A DNA stretch of 63,875 bases, filler included, from Chiloscyllium plagiosum (taxonomy: Eukaryota), in the NCBI RefSeq assembly GCF_004010195.1. It is 3 parts of one record of this genome, joined end to end, with 100 filler letters (N's around TTAATTAATTAA, not from the genome) between each part and the next. Parts side by side here need not be neighbours in the genome. Positions count along the whole stretch, not along the records: positions 1 to 28,156 come from NC_057711.1; positions 28,257 to 60,254 come from NC_057711.1; 1 more part is not named here. One strand, given 5' to 3'. Of the stretch, positions 26,974 to 39,149 are shown piece by piece. The position numbers and the translations under genes are program-made. Under the pieces are notes generated by a model. That model made no database searches. It was not told the origin of the DNA and saw nothing but the letters and a program-made list of their open reading frames with translations. Every line of letters starts with the position of its first letter. Positions within the stretch are counted from its first letter, which is position 1.

Positions 26974-27234
26974 ATGTACACATACCTATTCTTTAATCGC
27001 ATTAAAAGCAGTTCATTTGACAAGCACTGGAAAGTTAGACGAGTTACAAATTCCTTTCTGTCTCTCTTTTATGTGGACAGCATTATTACTGTGTGTAATT
27101 GCTGTACTAAATACTGTTTTCATAAAAATATTATTAAAACACTGCACATGAAGTTCTTTAACGTATTGTATAATATTACAATTTAGATTGGGTGTCTGTA
27201 ATTGCGAATCCATTTAAAAAAGGTTCTCTAATCA

Positions 27235-27472
27235 GGAAGTTAAAAATCACACAACACCAGGTTATAGTACAACAGGTTTATTTGGAAGCAGTAGCTTTTG
27301 GAGGCCATTCCTTCATCATCAGGTGATTAGGATTCTGCTCCACAACCACCTGGTGAAGAAGCAGCACTTTGAAAGCTTGTACTTCCAAATAAACCTGTTG
27401 GACTATGACCTGGTGTCGTGTGATTTTGAACTTTGTCCACCCCTGTCCAACACTGGCATCTCCAAATCATAG
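27235..27472. mobile_element. Fold-back mini-element (family B-HH) with two degenerate inverted hammerhead motifs
   Basis: Arms 27243-27325 and 27347-27427 are reverse complements. The + arm reads CAC-CTGGTGA-AGAAGCAGCACTTT-GAAA-GCTT-GTA. Second copy at 52356-52529. Possible TSD CTAATCA at 27228 and 27473. Confidence 0.75.
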
Positions 27473-27704
27473 CTAATCAAAAAGGCTTTGTTTGGAAACT
27501 GCTTTACTTTGCATCAATGCTACAGTCGTAGTGTAAACTAAACCAGATTCAAGGCCCAAACTGAAAGTTAATGCAAAATAGTCAGGTTTACAGAAGATGG
27601 CAAACTGAGGATCAAAGTAAAATGCATACATCCTGGCAATCTGGAGTAAAATAAAAATGCTTGTTATCTCAAGTAGCATCTGTAAAGAGGAAAACAGCTA
27701 ACAA

Positions 27705-28504
27705 GGTAAACTGGCCAATAATATAAATATAAAGGAGGATAGTAAAAGTTTTTTTAGGTATGTGAAAGGCAAAAAAATGGTTAAGACTAAAATTGGGCCC
27801 TTGAAGACAGAAACAGGGGAATATATTACGGGGAACAAAGAAATGGCAGAAGAATTGAATTGGTACTTCAGATCTGTGTTCACTAGGGAAGACACAAGCA
27901 ATCTCCCTGAGGTAACAGTGGCTGAAGGACCTGAGCTTAAGGGATTTATATTTGCCAGGAATTGGTGTTGAAGAGACTGTTAGGTCTGAAGGTTGATAAG
28001 TCCCCGGGTCCTGATGGTCTACATTCCAGGGTACTGAAGGAGGTGGCTCGAGAAATCGTGGATGCGTTGGTGATTATTTTCCAGAGTTCGATAGATTCAG
28101 GATCAGTTCCTGAGGATTGGAGGGTGGCTAATGTTGTACCACTTTTTAAGAAAGATNNNNNNNNNNNNNNNNNNNNNNNNNNNNNNNNNNNNNNNNNNNN
28201 TTAATTAATTAANNNNNNNNNNNNNNNNNNNNNNNNNNNNNNNNNNNNNNNNNNNNGAGAAACTTTTTCACCCAGAGAGTGGTGGCTGTGTGGAATGCTC
28301 TGCCCCAGAGGGCAGTGGAGGCCCAGTTTCTGGATTCATTTAAGAAAAAGTTGAATAGAGCTCTCAAGGATTGTGGAATCAAGGGTTGTGGAGATAAGGC
28401 AGGAACAGGATACTGATTAAGGATGATCAGCCATGATCATATTGAATGGTGGTGCAGGCTCGAAGGGCAGAATGGCCTACTCCTGCACCTATTGTCTATT
28501 GTCT
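27705..28504 (+). mobile_element. Young CR1-type LINE, 5'-truncated, interior lost in an assembly gap
   Basis: DKSPGPDGLHSRVLKEVA...VPEDWRVANVVPLFKK before the gap; 3' end with TTGTCTA tail repeats after it. Possible TSD CTAACAA at 27698 and 28503. Confidence 0.9.
28157..28256. other. Assembly gap: 44 N + TTAATTAATTAA + 44 N
   Basis: Exactly 100 bp and identical in layout to 60255-60354; the 12-mer has stops in all six frames. Confidence 0.95.
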
Positions 28505-29044
28505 AACAATGCAGGTTGATAAAATTAAATCCAAATTAAGGGAATAGGTCACATTGATGGATATTTGAAATAGGTACAATCAAGTCAAGAGAACTGCTTT
28601 TCTCTTCTCACATGAAGCGGTGGATGAGACAGTATCTGTTTCCAAATGGCTGAACTATAAATTTGATATTTATTTTGAATATATAATTAAAGTACTGTCC
28701 ACTAAGCGATACTACATGTTTGTTGTCCAATCCCTGATCATGTAGAGAGGAAAGATAATCTCCAGCTCTTCTTTGCTATGCACAACTGTCTGTTAAAATC
28801 CTCTTCCTCTATCCTCACCTCTACCAACACTGAAGAGGCCAAGGAAATTTCACACGATAAAAACACTGTTTGACTCTTTCTGTTCTCCATCGCAACAACC
28901 CCCACCTATCTCTTGCTCACCAAATTAGATCAACGTTTCTAATCACTCTTACCTATGCTTGTGTTATTGTGACTGAATGCCCTGAGTATATCTTACTCTT
29001 CCAATTCTTAATTTATTTAAATATCTATTTGTAAGCCTGTGTGT

Positions 29045-29700
29045 TTTGAACTATTGGGGATGTTGGGGCTCATGGAATGCTGGTCCTTATTTCAAGGGGT
29101 TTGGCGTATTAGAGTAGAGAAGTCTTACTGCAACTGTACAAGGTATGGTGAGATCACATCTGGAGTACTGTGAGCAGTTTTGGTCACCTTATTTAAGGAA
29201 ACATATTATTTCATTGGAGGCAACTCAGAGGAGGTTCACTAAGATGAGCCCTGGTATGGAGGAATTGTATTATGAATAAAGGTTAAACATTTGGACCCTA
29301 CTTATTGGAATTTCAAAACTTGAGAAGTAATCTTACTGAAACATATCAGACATAAGGGGTTTGACAGGGTTAATGTTGAGAGGATGTTTCCCCTCATGGG
29401 ACAGTCTTGGACCAGAGGGCATAGTCTCAGATTAAAGGTGAGCCAATTTACAACTGAGATGAGGAAGCATTTCTTTTTTCAGAGTGTTGTGAGTGTTTGG
29501 AAGCTCTTGTCAGGGAGAGCTGTGGGGGTAGAGTACTTTGTGTATGTTTAAGGCTGTGATAGCTGTGATTCAAGAGTCATGGGGAAAGGGCAGAAAAGTG
29601 AATGTGAGGAATGTTGGATCAGTGACGATCCTATTGGATGATGGAGTAGGCTCAGGGCCGAATGGCCTAATTCTGTTCCAGTTTCTTATGGTCTAATGGC
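29045..29700 (+). mobile_element. Degenerate CR1-type LINE 3' fragment
   Basis: CACATCTGGAGTACTGTGAGCAGTTTTGGTCACC (HLEYCEQFWSP) and tail GGGCCGAATGGCCTAATTCTGTTCC. Confidence 0.85.
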
Positions 29701-30704
29701 CTTGCAAACACATAATCAAAGCTGAAACAGCGTCCCTAGTGATAGTAGCCAGTATAACCTGGTGAGAAAAAATAGCATTTGTATACTGGCACATTATCAA
29801 CCTATACAGTCCAATTTAAATTTACAGTTTGGAATAAATAGTAATGTGTCTTATGATATTATAATGCAGTCAATCTGAGGGAACTGTATTAGCTCATGAA
29901 TGATAACCAGGACTGAACACAATGCAAGTACATTCACAATCCAAAGCATCACTCATCCCATCACATTGAAGAGTAGAACTTAATTTCAGATTGGCAGTTT
30001 CTTTTCATGTTTCGTTTGTCCTAACACAGTTGCATACATGGTTTTAAAATGTTAAGTCTGCCTTGGACATTTGAGATACTGAAGAATGAATTAAGAAATA
30101 CTCAAACCTGAAATTCACTGCAGATCCACTAGGGGATGCTATTATGACAGAAAACCCATTTTGTGTTTGCTTTTGTATTAATAAAGTATGTAATGTACTT
30201 GAGAAAAGATTTAAAGAGGTGTGACTGGCTAATCTGCTTCTGAGAATAATGTGAAACAGTGAAATACACAAAAACTGATTATAGTAAATCTTACTTGAGT
30301 GAAATAATTTTCAGTCATTAGACCATAATAAGAGTAAGGTACCAGAAGGGGATTACTGTGCAGGGATTACTTTTTCTTTATGTCTGTCATACAGTTAATG
30401 TATTGTATCATAGCACTGTGTTACAAGTCCCAGTTGTAGCTTCAGTAACCAATGGGACCAGAATTTAGCAGTAATCCAAAAATCCACAATTACAACAGCA
30501 CCAGACGGATTACTAAAAATAGTTTCCCAGCAGGTAATCTGTCTGGATTACTACATTTACAGAATTGCCAGCATTTAAGGAAATATGTGGAGTAGGTTTT
30601 TACCTTAGCATACAGTTATGATCTATCTGGTAAATGATACTTAGTGACTTGTTTGCATCTGCATATGTTGTACCTGCCTTAAAGATGTTATATTGAAATG
30701 ATTG

Positions 30705-30905
30705 GGAGTCGATTAGCTCAGTTGGCTGGACAGCTGGTTTGCGATGCAGGGTGATGCCAATGGCATGGATTCAGTAACCACTGGCTCTGATTACTGTGAG
30801 GACTCTCCTTCTCAACCTCGTCTCTTGACTAAGGCCTGGTGGTCCTCAGGTTAAACCACACCAGTTGTCTCTCTATCTGTCTAATGAGAGAGCAGCCCTG
30901 TGGTC
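30705..30905 (+). mobile_element. Probable tRNA-derived SINE (third family)
   Basis: Begins with a tRNA box A-like TAGCTCAGTTGG and a degenerate box B; single copy in this window. Confidence 0.5.
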
Positions 30906-32390
30906 AAGTAGTGTACCTGTACCTGTAGAGAAATGACTACTATGATAATTACAGTACAATGTTTGTAAGTAACTGAGAGCTCAGTCAGTGGAGCACATAT
31001 AAAACACAAATAATCATCTTCCTGGTGTCATGACTTAACAGCACTAAAGCTCCTATCATTTAATGTAACCTGAAGCAAGAAATTTTATTGAGACAACAAA
31101 GTTGGAGAATTTCAAAATCTGAATAAAACAGTGCTCACAGTGATGAAGCATCCAAATACTAGGGAATTTAGGTTTTGTTAAAATATTAACCTAGAAATAA
31201 GAGACACCTGATGGAATTTGATCCACTTGAACAATGCAAATCGAATCAAGAAGCGATTTCAGATAGCCTTCTGTGGTAAAAAGTGAGAGAAAATGTGAAG
31301 TGGGATTGATTTATCAAAAAAGAATGATTTTATCACTGTGATTCTTTTATAATTCTTATGTTCCTATATCCCAAAAACAAAATTCATCTGTGCTACAAAG
31401 TTCGCCTATCCCCTATGATTGAATGTTTATGTAATAGCACAAATGATTGAACTCCATCGTTCTTGAAATGTCTTGCTAGAAGCTGTCTCTGAGTCAAGAA
31501 GGACTCTTGATGAAATTTGTAATACAGTTATGAAATTCAATGGAATCATTGATAGTTGCAACTTTGGATGATACTCTAATTAATGATAAATTAATTTTTC
31601 AATGATTTCCTTTTATGCTACTTTGTGTTCATGCTAGCTCTGGCACAAGTGTTATTGCTATCTTATCCTATAAATGAAAATACCATTAAAATCCAAAATG
31701 TCACACCACAATAGGGCATTTTTAAAAGGCTGTAGTAAGTTAGAACTATATTTGTGGGCACTTGTTGATGCCGCATGCCCGATATAGCATTGTTCTGTTC
31801 ATCACCAAGTGATCCTTTTGTCCTGATGTATGAAAATTCACAAAATTACACAGAAGATGAAAATAACTTGGCCCTTGTTATGTGGAAGAAAATGTTACAT
31901 CTCACAATTAATCAATATACTTTTCTCTGTGAAGTTAAGTTGTTCCCAGCATTTTTAATTAAAGTCTATGAGACATATTTGCAGAGATTGTGTAAAGCTC
32001 ATTTACCATAATCATTGTTGATGGTATGGCACTAGTTACAGAAAGGAGGGGATACAAAAAAGGAAACCAAGGCTGGTCACACTAACATTTTTTTCCCCCT
32101 TCGTCTGATCCTGAAAAAGACTGTTCTGATTCAATGGGACCTTCGGATTATCACACCTCCCCGCCACTGCCCTAGTCCCTGTTTTGATCAAAAACCTGTC
32201 TTAAAACCATCATTAGGAAATAATACAAGTGTACAATCCAAAAGCAATAATGAATTCAAAGATCCTTTTGCATCCAATTTTTAATATCATTACAATACTG
32301 TTATTCAAACCACAAGACATTCTTATTTATTATTGCTGAAATAGTGTGTAATTATATTGACTAATGCATCAATTTTGCTGTTTATTTTAG

Positions 32391-32538
32391 GAGAACAGGG
32401 TACTGTGAGCATGTTTCCAATGTTTTTACTGGAGCACAATTTCTCTCCAGCGGAGCTGGGCTTATGGACTGGGCTAGTTGCAATGGGATTTTCTATTCTT
32501 GGATCATGCCTCGGTGGCATATTAATGACGAAGTATAA
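32391..32538 (+). CDS. MFSD3: MFSD3 second coding exon (148 nt)
   Basis: Branch-like TGACTAAT near 32358-32365, acceptor TTTATTTTAG ending at 32390, donor AA|GTAAGT at 32539. Phase 1 in, phase 2 out. Encodes GEQGTVSMFPMFLLEHNFSPAELGLWTGLVAMGFSILGSCLGGILMTKY. Confidence 0.95.
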
Positions 32539-32964
32539 GTAAGTTTGTAGATTTAACTTTTATTCATGTATAGACATAAGAAAATAACTTATTGTTATCA
32601 TGTCTTCAAACTAAATAAGTAATATTAACAAAATGCTAAATTGGAATTTTATTTCATTCTCTACAAGTGCCCAATATAATGTGCAGCATGTTAGCTTCTC
32701 ACCCAAGATGAAGGCCAGCAGGAAAGTGACAGCTGGGAGCATTAGATAGTGTTTGTATAGGCTCCAGTTTCTTTCCTTACATGGTTGACCAAGAATCCCA
32801 TTCTTACTCAGGAACAGGGACAGAAAGCCTGAGTCCTGTTGCTGCTTCTGGCCTGGGCTACCATCCCCATCACTGACCAAGCACAGCAGACTCCCTTGAG
32901 CCCTGCAGAGTGATAGTTTCCCCTTGACTCAGGCCCTGCTCTTGCTGCCTTACACAAACATATT

Positions 32965-33258
32965 TGGCTTTTTTATTTATTCTTTCATGCGCTGTGGGCA
33001 AGGCCAGCATTTGGTGCTCATTCTTAATTGTCTTTGATCTGTGCAGCCATTAAGAGCTATGCACAGGGGAAGGTTTCCATCTCTAGAGGGCATTTGTGGA
33101 GTGGATGGGTTTTTTTAACAATGTTTCATGGTCACAATTTTAACTTCACATTCGTTAATTTCACCAGCTGCCCTGGTGGAATTTGAACTCATGCCCCTAG
33201 AGCGTTCATCTGGGCCTCTGAGTTACTGATCCAGAGTTACCACCGCACCACTATCTCC
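32965..33258 (-). mobile_element. SINE family B, degenerate
   Basis: Reverse complement of the 9213-type head and shared tail (TTCTTTCATGCGCTGTGGGCAAGGCCAGCATTTGG on +). Confidence 0.65.
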
Positions 33259-35191
33259 CCTTAAGAGCGCACCTTCCTTGACTGTCAAGTTCTGGAGCAG
33301 GGACTTGAACCTGGAGTTTCTGGTGCAGATACAGGCACCCACTCCAGTACATGATCTCCTTTCATAACCTTTATGTGTCTCTTTTGAAAGAAAAATTAGT
33401 GTAAACACAGTTGTGTCAGATGTCGAGTCATGATCTCTGTGTTGAGTTATTTGTCGGATTGATGTTTAATTTTATGCTGGCCTTCCAGCAGTTACAATAG
33501 TTCTTTGATATTTTTGCATGATGAAAAGTGTAAAATCTCCTGAGAAAACAGTAAACTGTCAAAGGGAAAAATTGTTCAGCTTGGCATTGAAATCGGAAGG
33601 AAGGGCAGACTTGGCATCCGGCACTCCCCTGTAAACCTGTGGGACTTGTCAAGTATCATTGAGCGTCAAACTGATTATGAGAATACTGTAAAAGTGGGTC
33701 ACTGATTGCTGAAAATGAGTCTTTTTTGGATCAATAGGTTATACAGTACTGCTCCTGTACCTTGTTTCATTAGCAATCATCTCTTTTGAAGATTTGAAAG
33801 TGCTGCACTCTGCTTACATTAGTCATGGTAGCATTCTGTAAATTTCATTTCTTATACAGCTGCATTAGACTTTCAACTTAACTAACTGCAGCATTTGATT
33901 TACCTAAAACTAATATTGTATCTTCCAGTAATATTTTATTCTATATTTTTTCATATCATATGATGAAAGATGGAATGAAATTCCAGTTTATATAAGACCT
34001 TTGATCTAATGTCATAAGGCAATCAAAATGCAACCATCTATACATTCAATCCTTACTCAACAATATAGATTGGGGAAAATGAATAACTATTCATGCAAAA
34101 GAATAAAATATCACTCAAATCTAAATGTTGTCTCTGCAGTAAACATGATAGCACAACATATGACAGTCTTTGGACAAATGTGTGAAGCATGTTGTGTATG
34201 CATTTTTTGTTCTTGATTTCAGGAATAATTTTCTATTTCTATGAAATGCAAACTTCAGAGGTTTAGTAAATACATCTGATTTTTATGACAAGGCTAAAAT
34301 GCAGACATGTATCTGTAACTTGCAGATTTCCTTTCCCCTTTCCTTTGCTGTTTCTGACTGGATGCTAATCATTAACAGTGCATTAAGGCTAGCAGGTTTG
34401 AGATAAGAGGTTCTTTTATGCTGTCTACAAACTAATAACTGTCACTACTCTTGAGAAAATTGGATAACCAGGCAAAAGGTGTTGCTTTATCCTGCTAAGA
34501 GCTGTCAAGCATTTTCTATGCTGTAAGGGTTTGAAAATGGGATTGAAATCTGCATCTGCTTGAGTGGCATTTAAACTTTAAAAAAACATACTTATAAAGT
34601 AAAGATGAGAATAGTTTACATTAATGGACTTTGCTATGCTTTTTTCACTTTAGATTAGAGGCTTTTTTGTATTGAACTCTTGAATTGAATTCAAAAGAGG
34701 AAAGATAACCCTCCAGAGGTTGAGCTGGTTAAAGGTGTGAGTTATTGAATTGTATAGAACAGGAAGATTCACTCTCTGGTCTTGCTAAATTAGCTACTTT
34801 CAGTGAGCCTGTAATATGTCACAGTTGGTTTTAGTTCTACTAGATAGAGCGAAAATCATTGCAAAACCTTATTTTAATTTATATTTGATAACTCAAGCAG
34901 GAAGCATGTAGGCAAACTCAGGCTGGACAGTGTTGGCTGTAGCCAGTCAGCTGAAGCTCACTGTAGGAAGATGCAGGTGAAGAAGGGTTGTAAAGCAGGG
35001 TTGTAAAGCAGGGTATGGTTGGCAATGGAGAAAGGAGCAAGGAACTGACACCTTTCACCGAGGAGAGGGAGATGAATAAAGTTGACAATGGAATAGTGAA
35101 AATAGCAGAGGAATCATGCACACTCAAATCAGGAAGCCGTTCATGTGATGCAGGACTTCCAATGCACATTTGCTGGGCTATTAAGGCCAGG

Positions 35192-35409
35192 CAGTCAGTT
35201 CTTCTATAACACATAGTTGTATTCTTGTGCAACCTCATGTTATTAAAAAATCGTGCTTTAGAAACAGCGCTTAAAGTGTTGGCTATGTTATCGCATTATA
35301 GCCAACACATGTTTTAAAAGTTCACCCTTTAGAAACAGCATCCCCAATTTGTCAATCATATTGCAGCAAATTCGTGTTGATGAAACATGTATTTTAGCAG
35401 AATGACCTG
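35192..35409. mobile_element. Probable MITE / non-autonomous DNA transposon with imperfect TIRs and a central hairpin
   Basis: Left end CAGTCAGTTCTTCTATAAC, right end TTTTAGCAGAATGACCTG. The same right end occurs at 9693-9709. 11-bp hairpin GTGTTGGCTAT...ATAGCCAACAC at 35276-35308. Confidence 0.6.
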
Positions 35410-35619
35410 GATATGTATGTTTGTGTTAGCCTGTCCGCATATGACTTGATTGCTTTAAAATGCATTTTCAGTCTCATGATGTCCTCTGCCAACAGTATCT
35501 ATGCTTTTGTTTCACAATGTTTCCTAAAAGGTGCAGGAGCGCACATTGACCCAAAGGATCCCATGTAAGCTGTCCCTTACTGTGCACGTGCACAAAACAT
35601 TTAAAAGTGTCACACACTT

Positions 35620-36400
35620 AGCAGATATACTCAATGATTAAGCTTTCATGTCCTTCTAGGGTAAAGAATTCCAAATATTCAATACCCTCTGAGTAAAAAT
35701 AAAATCTCTTCTGGGTCCGAAATGGCATCCCCTTATTTATATTGTATCTCTTAGACCCCTCAACCGGGGAAATATCTTACCTGCACCTATCCTGTCTATC
35801 CTTTTAAGTATTCTGTAGGATTCAATGACAAAACTGTAGATAATACTGGTTCAGATTACACAGTCTCTCTTCGTTGGACAATCTCATTCATCTGGGTACA
35901 AGCCTAGTTAATGTTATTTGCACTCCGTCAACGGCAACATTATCTTTCCTCGAGATACAGAGACAAAAGCTGCACATAGGTGTGGACTACCAAGCTCCTA
36001 TACAATTGAAACAAATTTTCTCTGCTCCTGTACTCAAATCCCCTTCAATAAAGGCGAACACTCTACCAGCTTTCCTAATAGCTCAGTGCAACTATATTTT
36101 AGCCCTTAGTGACTTATCGACCAGGACATCTGGTTCCCTTTGCATGTCTGCGCTTTCCAACTTCTCAGTATTTAAGAAAATCTCTGCACATTTGCTCTTT
36201 CTATCAAATAAAAAACCAAAAGAATTGCAGATGCTGGAAATCAGAAAGAAAAACAAAAACATTTCTGGAAAAGCTCAACAGGTCTGGCAGCATCTGTGGA
36301 GAGAAATCAGAGTTAATGTTATGGGTCCACTGACCCTTCCTCAGAATGTTCTTCCTGCCAAAGTGGATAACTTCACAACTTTTCACATTATATTTCACCT
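35620..36400 (-). mobile_element. Old CR1-type fragment interrupted by a pseudo-LTR mini-element (about 36210-36348)
   Basis: MKYNVKSCEVIHFGRKN motif on the minus strand. The inserted piece reads CTGAGGA-AGGGTC-AGTG-GACCC-ATAAC on the minus strand (decayed hammerhead, 36312-36346). Confidence 0.7.
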
Positions 36401-36865
36401 GAAAAGTTCAGACACAGTCACTAAGCCTGTCCAAATCCTCCTGAACAAATCTTTATATCTTTGAGATATTTTGACCTTTGAAGGTAATTTGAGATAGACT
36501 GGGTAGACAGCATATCTCTTCAGCTGTTCACAACTGACCATGCCCAAGCAGTACATGCTTACAATATTTACAATACAACCTCCAGCATTAGATGTGATTC
36601 CACAGTAGACAGTATTTGCAAAACATTCTCAAATGTGTAGAGAATGACACTGAGAAACAATTTAGAATTGTCAGTCAAGGTCATAGTCTGACTCACTTAG
36701 ATGTACTAGAAACTATATACAGGGCCCTGTTCCTTGCAGTCAGAAAGAAAATGTGCACACACTTGTTTCAGTTCAACAAAATATGTGACAGCGATTCTCT
36801 GGTTCATTTCTTGGAGCAATGTCTTGTTTAATCAGAGTCAACCAGTCTGGCCTAAAATTTAAACA

Positions 36866-38708
36866 CTGGCGCACTGACCTCTACACCGCTGAAGCCAAAC
36901 GCCAACTCGAGGACACCTCTTTATATTGCCCCCTCGACCATGACCCCCCTCCCCCCAATCACCAAACCATCATCTCCCAGACCATACAGAACCTCATCAC
37001 CTCAGGAGATCTCCCACCCACAGCTTCCAACCTCATAGTCCGGGAACCCATTGTCTCAGCATGCTACTGCCCCACTGAACTCATCTCTACCTACCTCGAC
37101 ACTGACCTATCCCCCCTCGTCCAGAAACTCCCCACATACTTTCGAGACACCACCCACACCCTCCACCTCCTCCAAGACTTCCGTTTCCCCGGCCCCCAAC
37201 GCCTCATCTTCACCATGGATATCCAATCCCCCTGCACCTCCATCTGCCATGACCAGGGCCTCCAAGCCCTCCGTTTTTTGCTCTCCTGACGTCCCCAACA
37301 GTACCCTTCCACCAACACTCTCATTCTTTTGGCCAAACTGGTCCTCACCCTTAACAATTTCTCCTTCGAATCTTCCCACTTTCTCCAGACCAAAGGGGTA
37401 GCCATGGGCACACGTATTGGCCCCAGCTATGTCTGTCTCTTTGTTGGCTATGTAAAACAGTTGATCTTCCGTAATTACACCAGCACCATCCCCACCTCTT
37501 CCTCCGCTACATTGATGACTGCATTGGTGCCACCTCGTGCTCCCGCGAGGAGGTTGAGCAATTCATCAACTTCACCAACACATTCCACCCTGACCTTAAA
37601 TTTACCTGGACCATCTCTAACACCTCCCTCCCCTTCCTGGACCTCTCCATCTCCATTAATGACGACCGACTTGACACTGACATTTTTTACAAACCCACCA
37701 ACTCCCACAGCTACCTGGATTACACCTCTTCCCACCCTACCTCCTGCAAAAATGCCACCCCATATTCCCAATTCCTCCGCCTTCACTGTATCTGCTCCCA
37801 GGAGGACCAGTTCCACCACAGAACACACCAGATGGCCACCTTCTTTAGAGACNNNNNNNNNNNNNNNNNNNNNNNNNNNNNNNNNNNNNNNNNNNNNNNN
37901 NNNNNNNNNNNNNNNNNNNNNNNNNNNNNNNNNNNNNNNNNNNNNNNNNNNNNNNNNNNNNNNNNNNNNNNNNNNNNNNNNNNNNNNNNNNNNNNNNNNN
38001 NNNNNNNNNNNNNNNNNNNNNNNNNNNNNNNNNNNNNNNNNNNNNNNNNNNNNNNNNNNNNNNNNNNNNNNNNNNNNNNNNNNNNNNNNNNNNNNNNNNN
38101 NNNNNNNNNNNNNNNNNNNNNNNNNNNNNNNNNNNNNNNNNNNNNNNNNNNNNNNNNNNNNNNNNNNNNNNNNNNNNNNNNNNNNNNNNNNNNNNNNNNN
38201 NNNNNNNNNNNNNNNNNNNNNNNNNNNNNNNNNNNNNNNNNNNNNNNNNNNNNNNNNNNNNNNNNNNNNNNNNNNNNNNNNNNNNNNNNNNNNNNNNNNN
38301 NNNNNNNNNNNNNNNNNNNNNNNNNNNNNNNNNNNNNNNNNNNNNNNNNNNNNNNNNNNNNNNNNNNNNNNNNNNNNNNNNNNNNNNNNNNNNNNNNNNN
38401 NNNNNNNNNNNNNNNNNNNNNNNNNNNNNNNNNNNNNNNNNNNNNNNNNNNNNNNNNNNNNNNNNNNNNNNNNNNNNNNNNNNNNNNNNNNNNNNNNNNN
38501 NNNNNNNNNNNNNNNNNNNNNNNNNNNNNNNNNNNNNNNNNNNNNNNNNNNNNNNNNNNNNNNNNNNNNNNNNNNNNNNNNNNNNNGATGAAGGGCTTTT
38601 GCCCGAAACGTCGATTTTACTGCTCCTCGGATGCTGCCTGAACTGCTGTGCTCTTCCAGCACCACTAATCCAGAATCTGGTTTCCAGCATCTGCAGTCAT
38701 TGTTTTTA
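36866..38708 (+). mobile_element. 5'-truncated Penelope-like retroelement (YIDD type) with 3' pseudo-LTR and 15-bp TSD
   Basis: PIVSAC, LPTYFRDT, FTMDIQS, LTLNNFSF..SHFLQTKGVAMGTRIGPSY and FLRYIDD (frameshifted). CCTAAAATTTAAACA at 36851-36865 and 38709-38723. A 734-N gap (37853-38586) hides the expected GIY-YIG region. Confidence 0.92.
38587..38615 (+). ncRNA. Minimal type I hammerhead ribozyme motif in the Penelope 3' pseudo-LTR (first two core bases hidden in the gap)
   Basis: [nn]GATGA-A-GGGC-TTTT-GCCC-GAAA-C-GTC|GA: perfect 4-bp stem II, GUC triplet at 38610-38612, palindromic ACGT helix III. Confidence 0.75.
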
Positions 38709-39149
38709 CCTAAAATTTAAACAAGCCTGTTTGTTAAATGTAATCATCATTAATTGATGCGTGCTCTGTGACAATGTCTCAATCAATCACAAGCCAGTTG
38801 TCAACCCATTAGCACTATCATCCCATACAGTATTAATGTTGTCTCCCTTCACTTGGTACTTCTTGCAATTTGTCCTGATGCATGCTAAAACAGACAGCTT
38901 TCTCAGCAGTACTCGCGTTTGTATATTTATGTCTGCATCACTAAATCATGCAAGATAGTGTAAATGCATCACCAAATCATGTAAATAGGTCTAAATAAGT
39001 AAGGCACAACATCAAATTCAACAGTTTTCAAAGTGTGGCCTGAAAAAAGCTTTATACAGTTCCAACATCACCTGGCTGCTTTTAAATCCCACACCTACAC
39101 TGTCCTTCTCATTAGTGAACATTGACACATGTATTGTGTCATTATGTAC

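Noticed and set aside
28201..28212. TTAATTAATTAA palindrome as a biological site (also 60299-60310)
   Set aside because: Centred in identical 100-bp N gaps; an artificial six-frame-stop linker.
37329..38690. 269-420 aa ORFs across the gap
   Set aside because: Their length comes from reading through 734 Ns.
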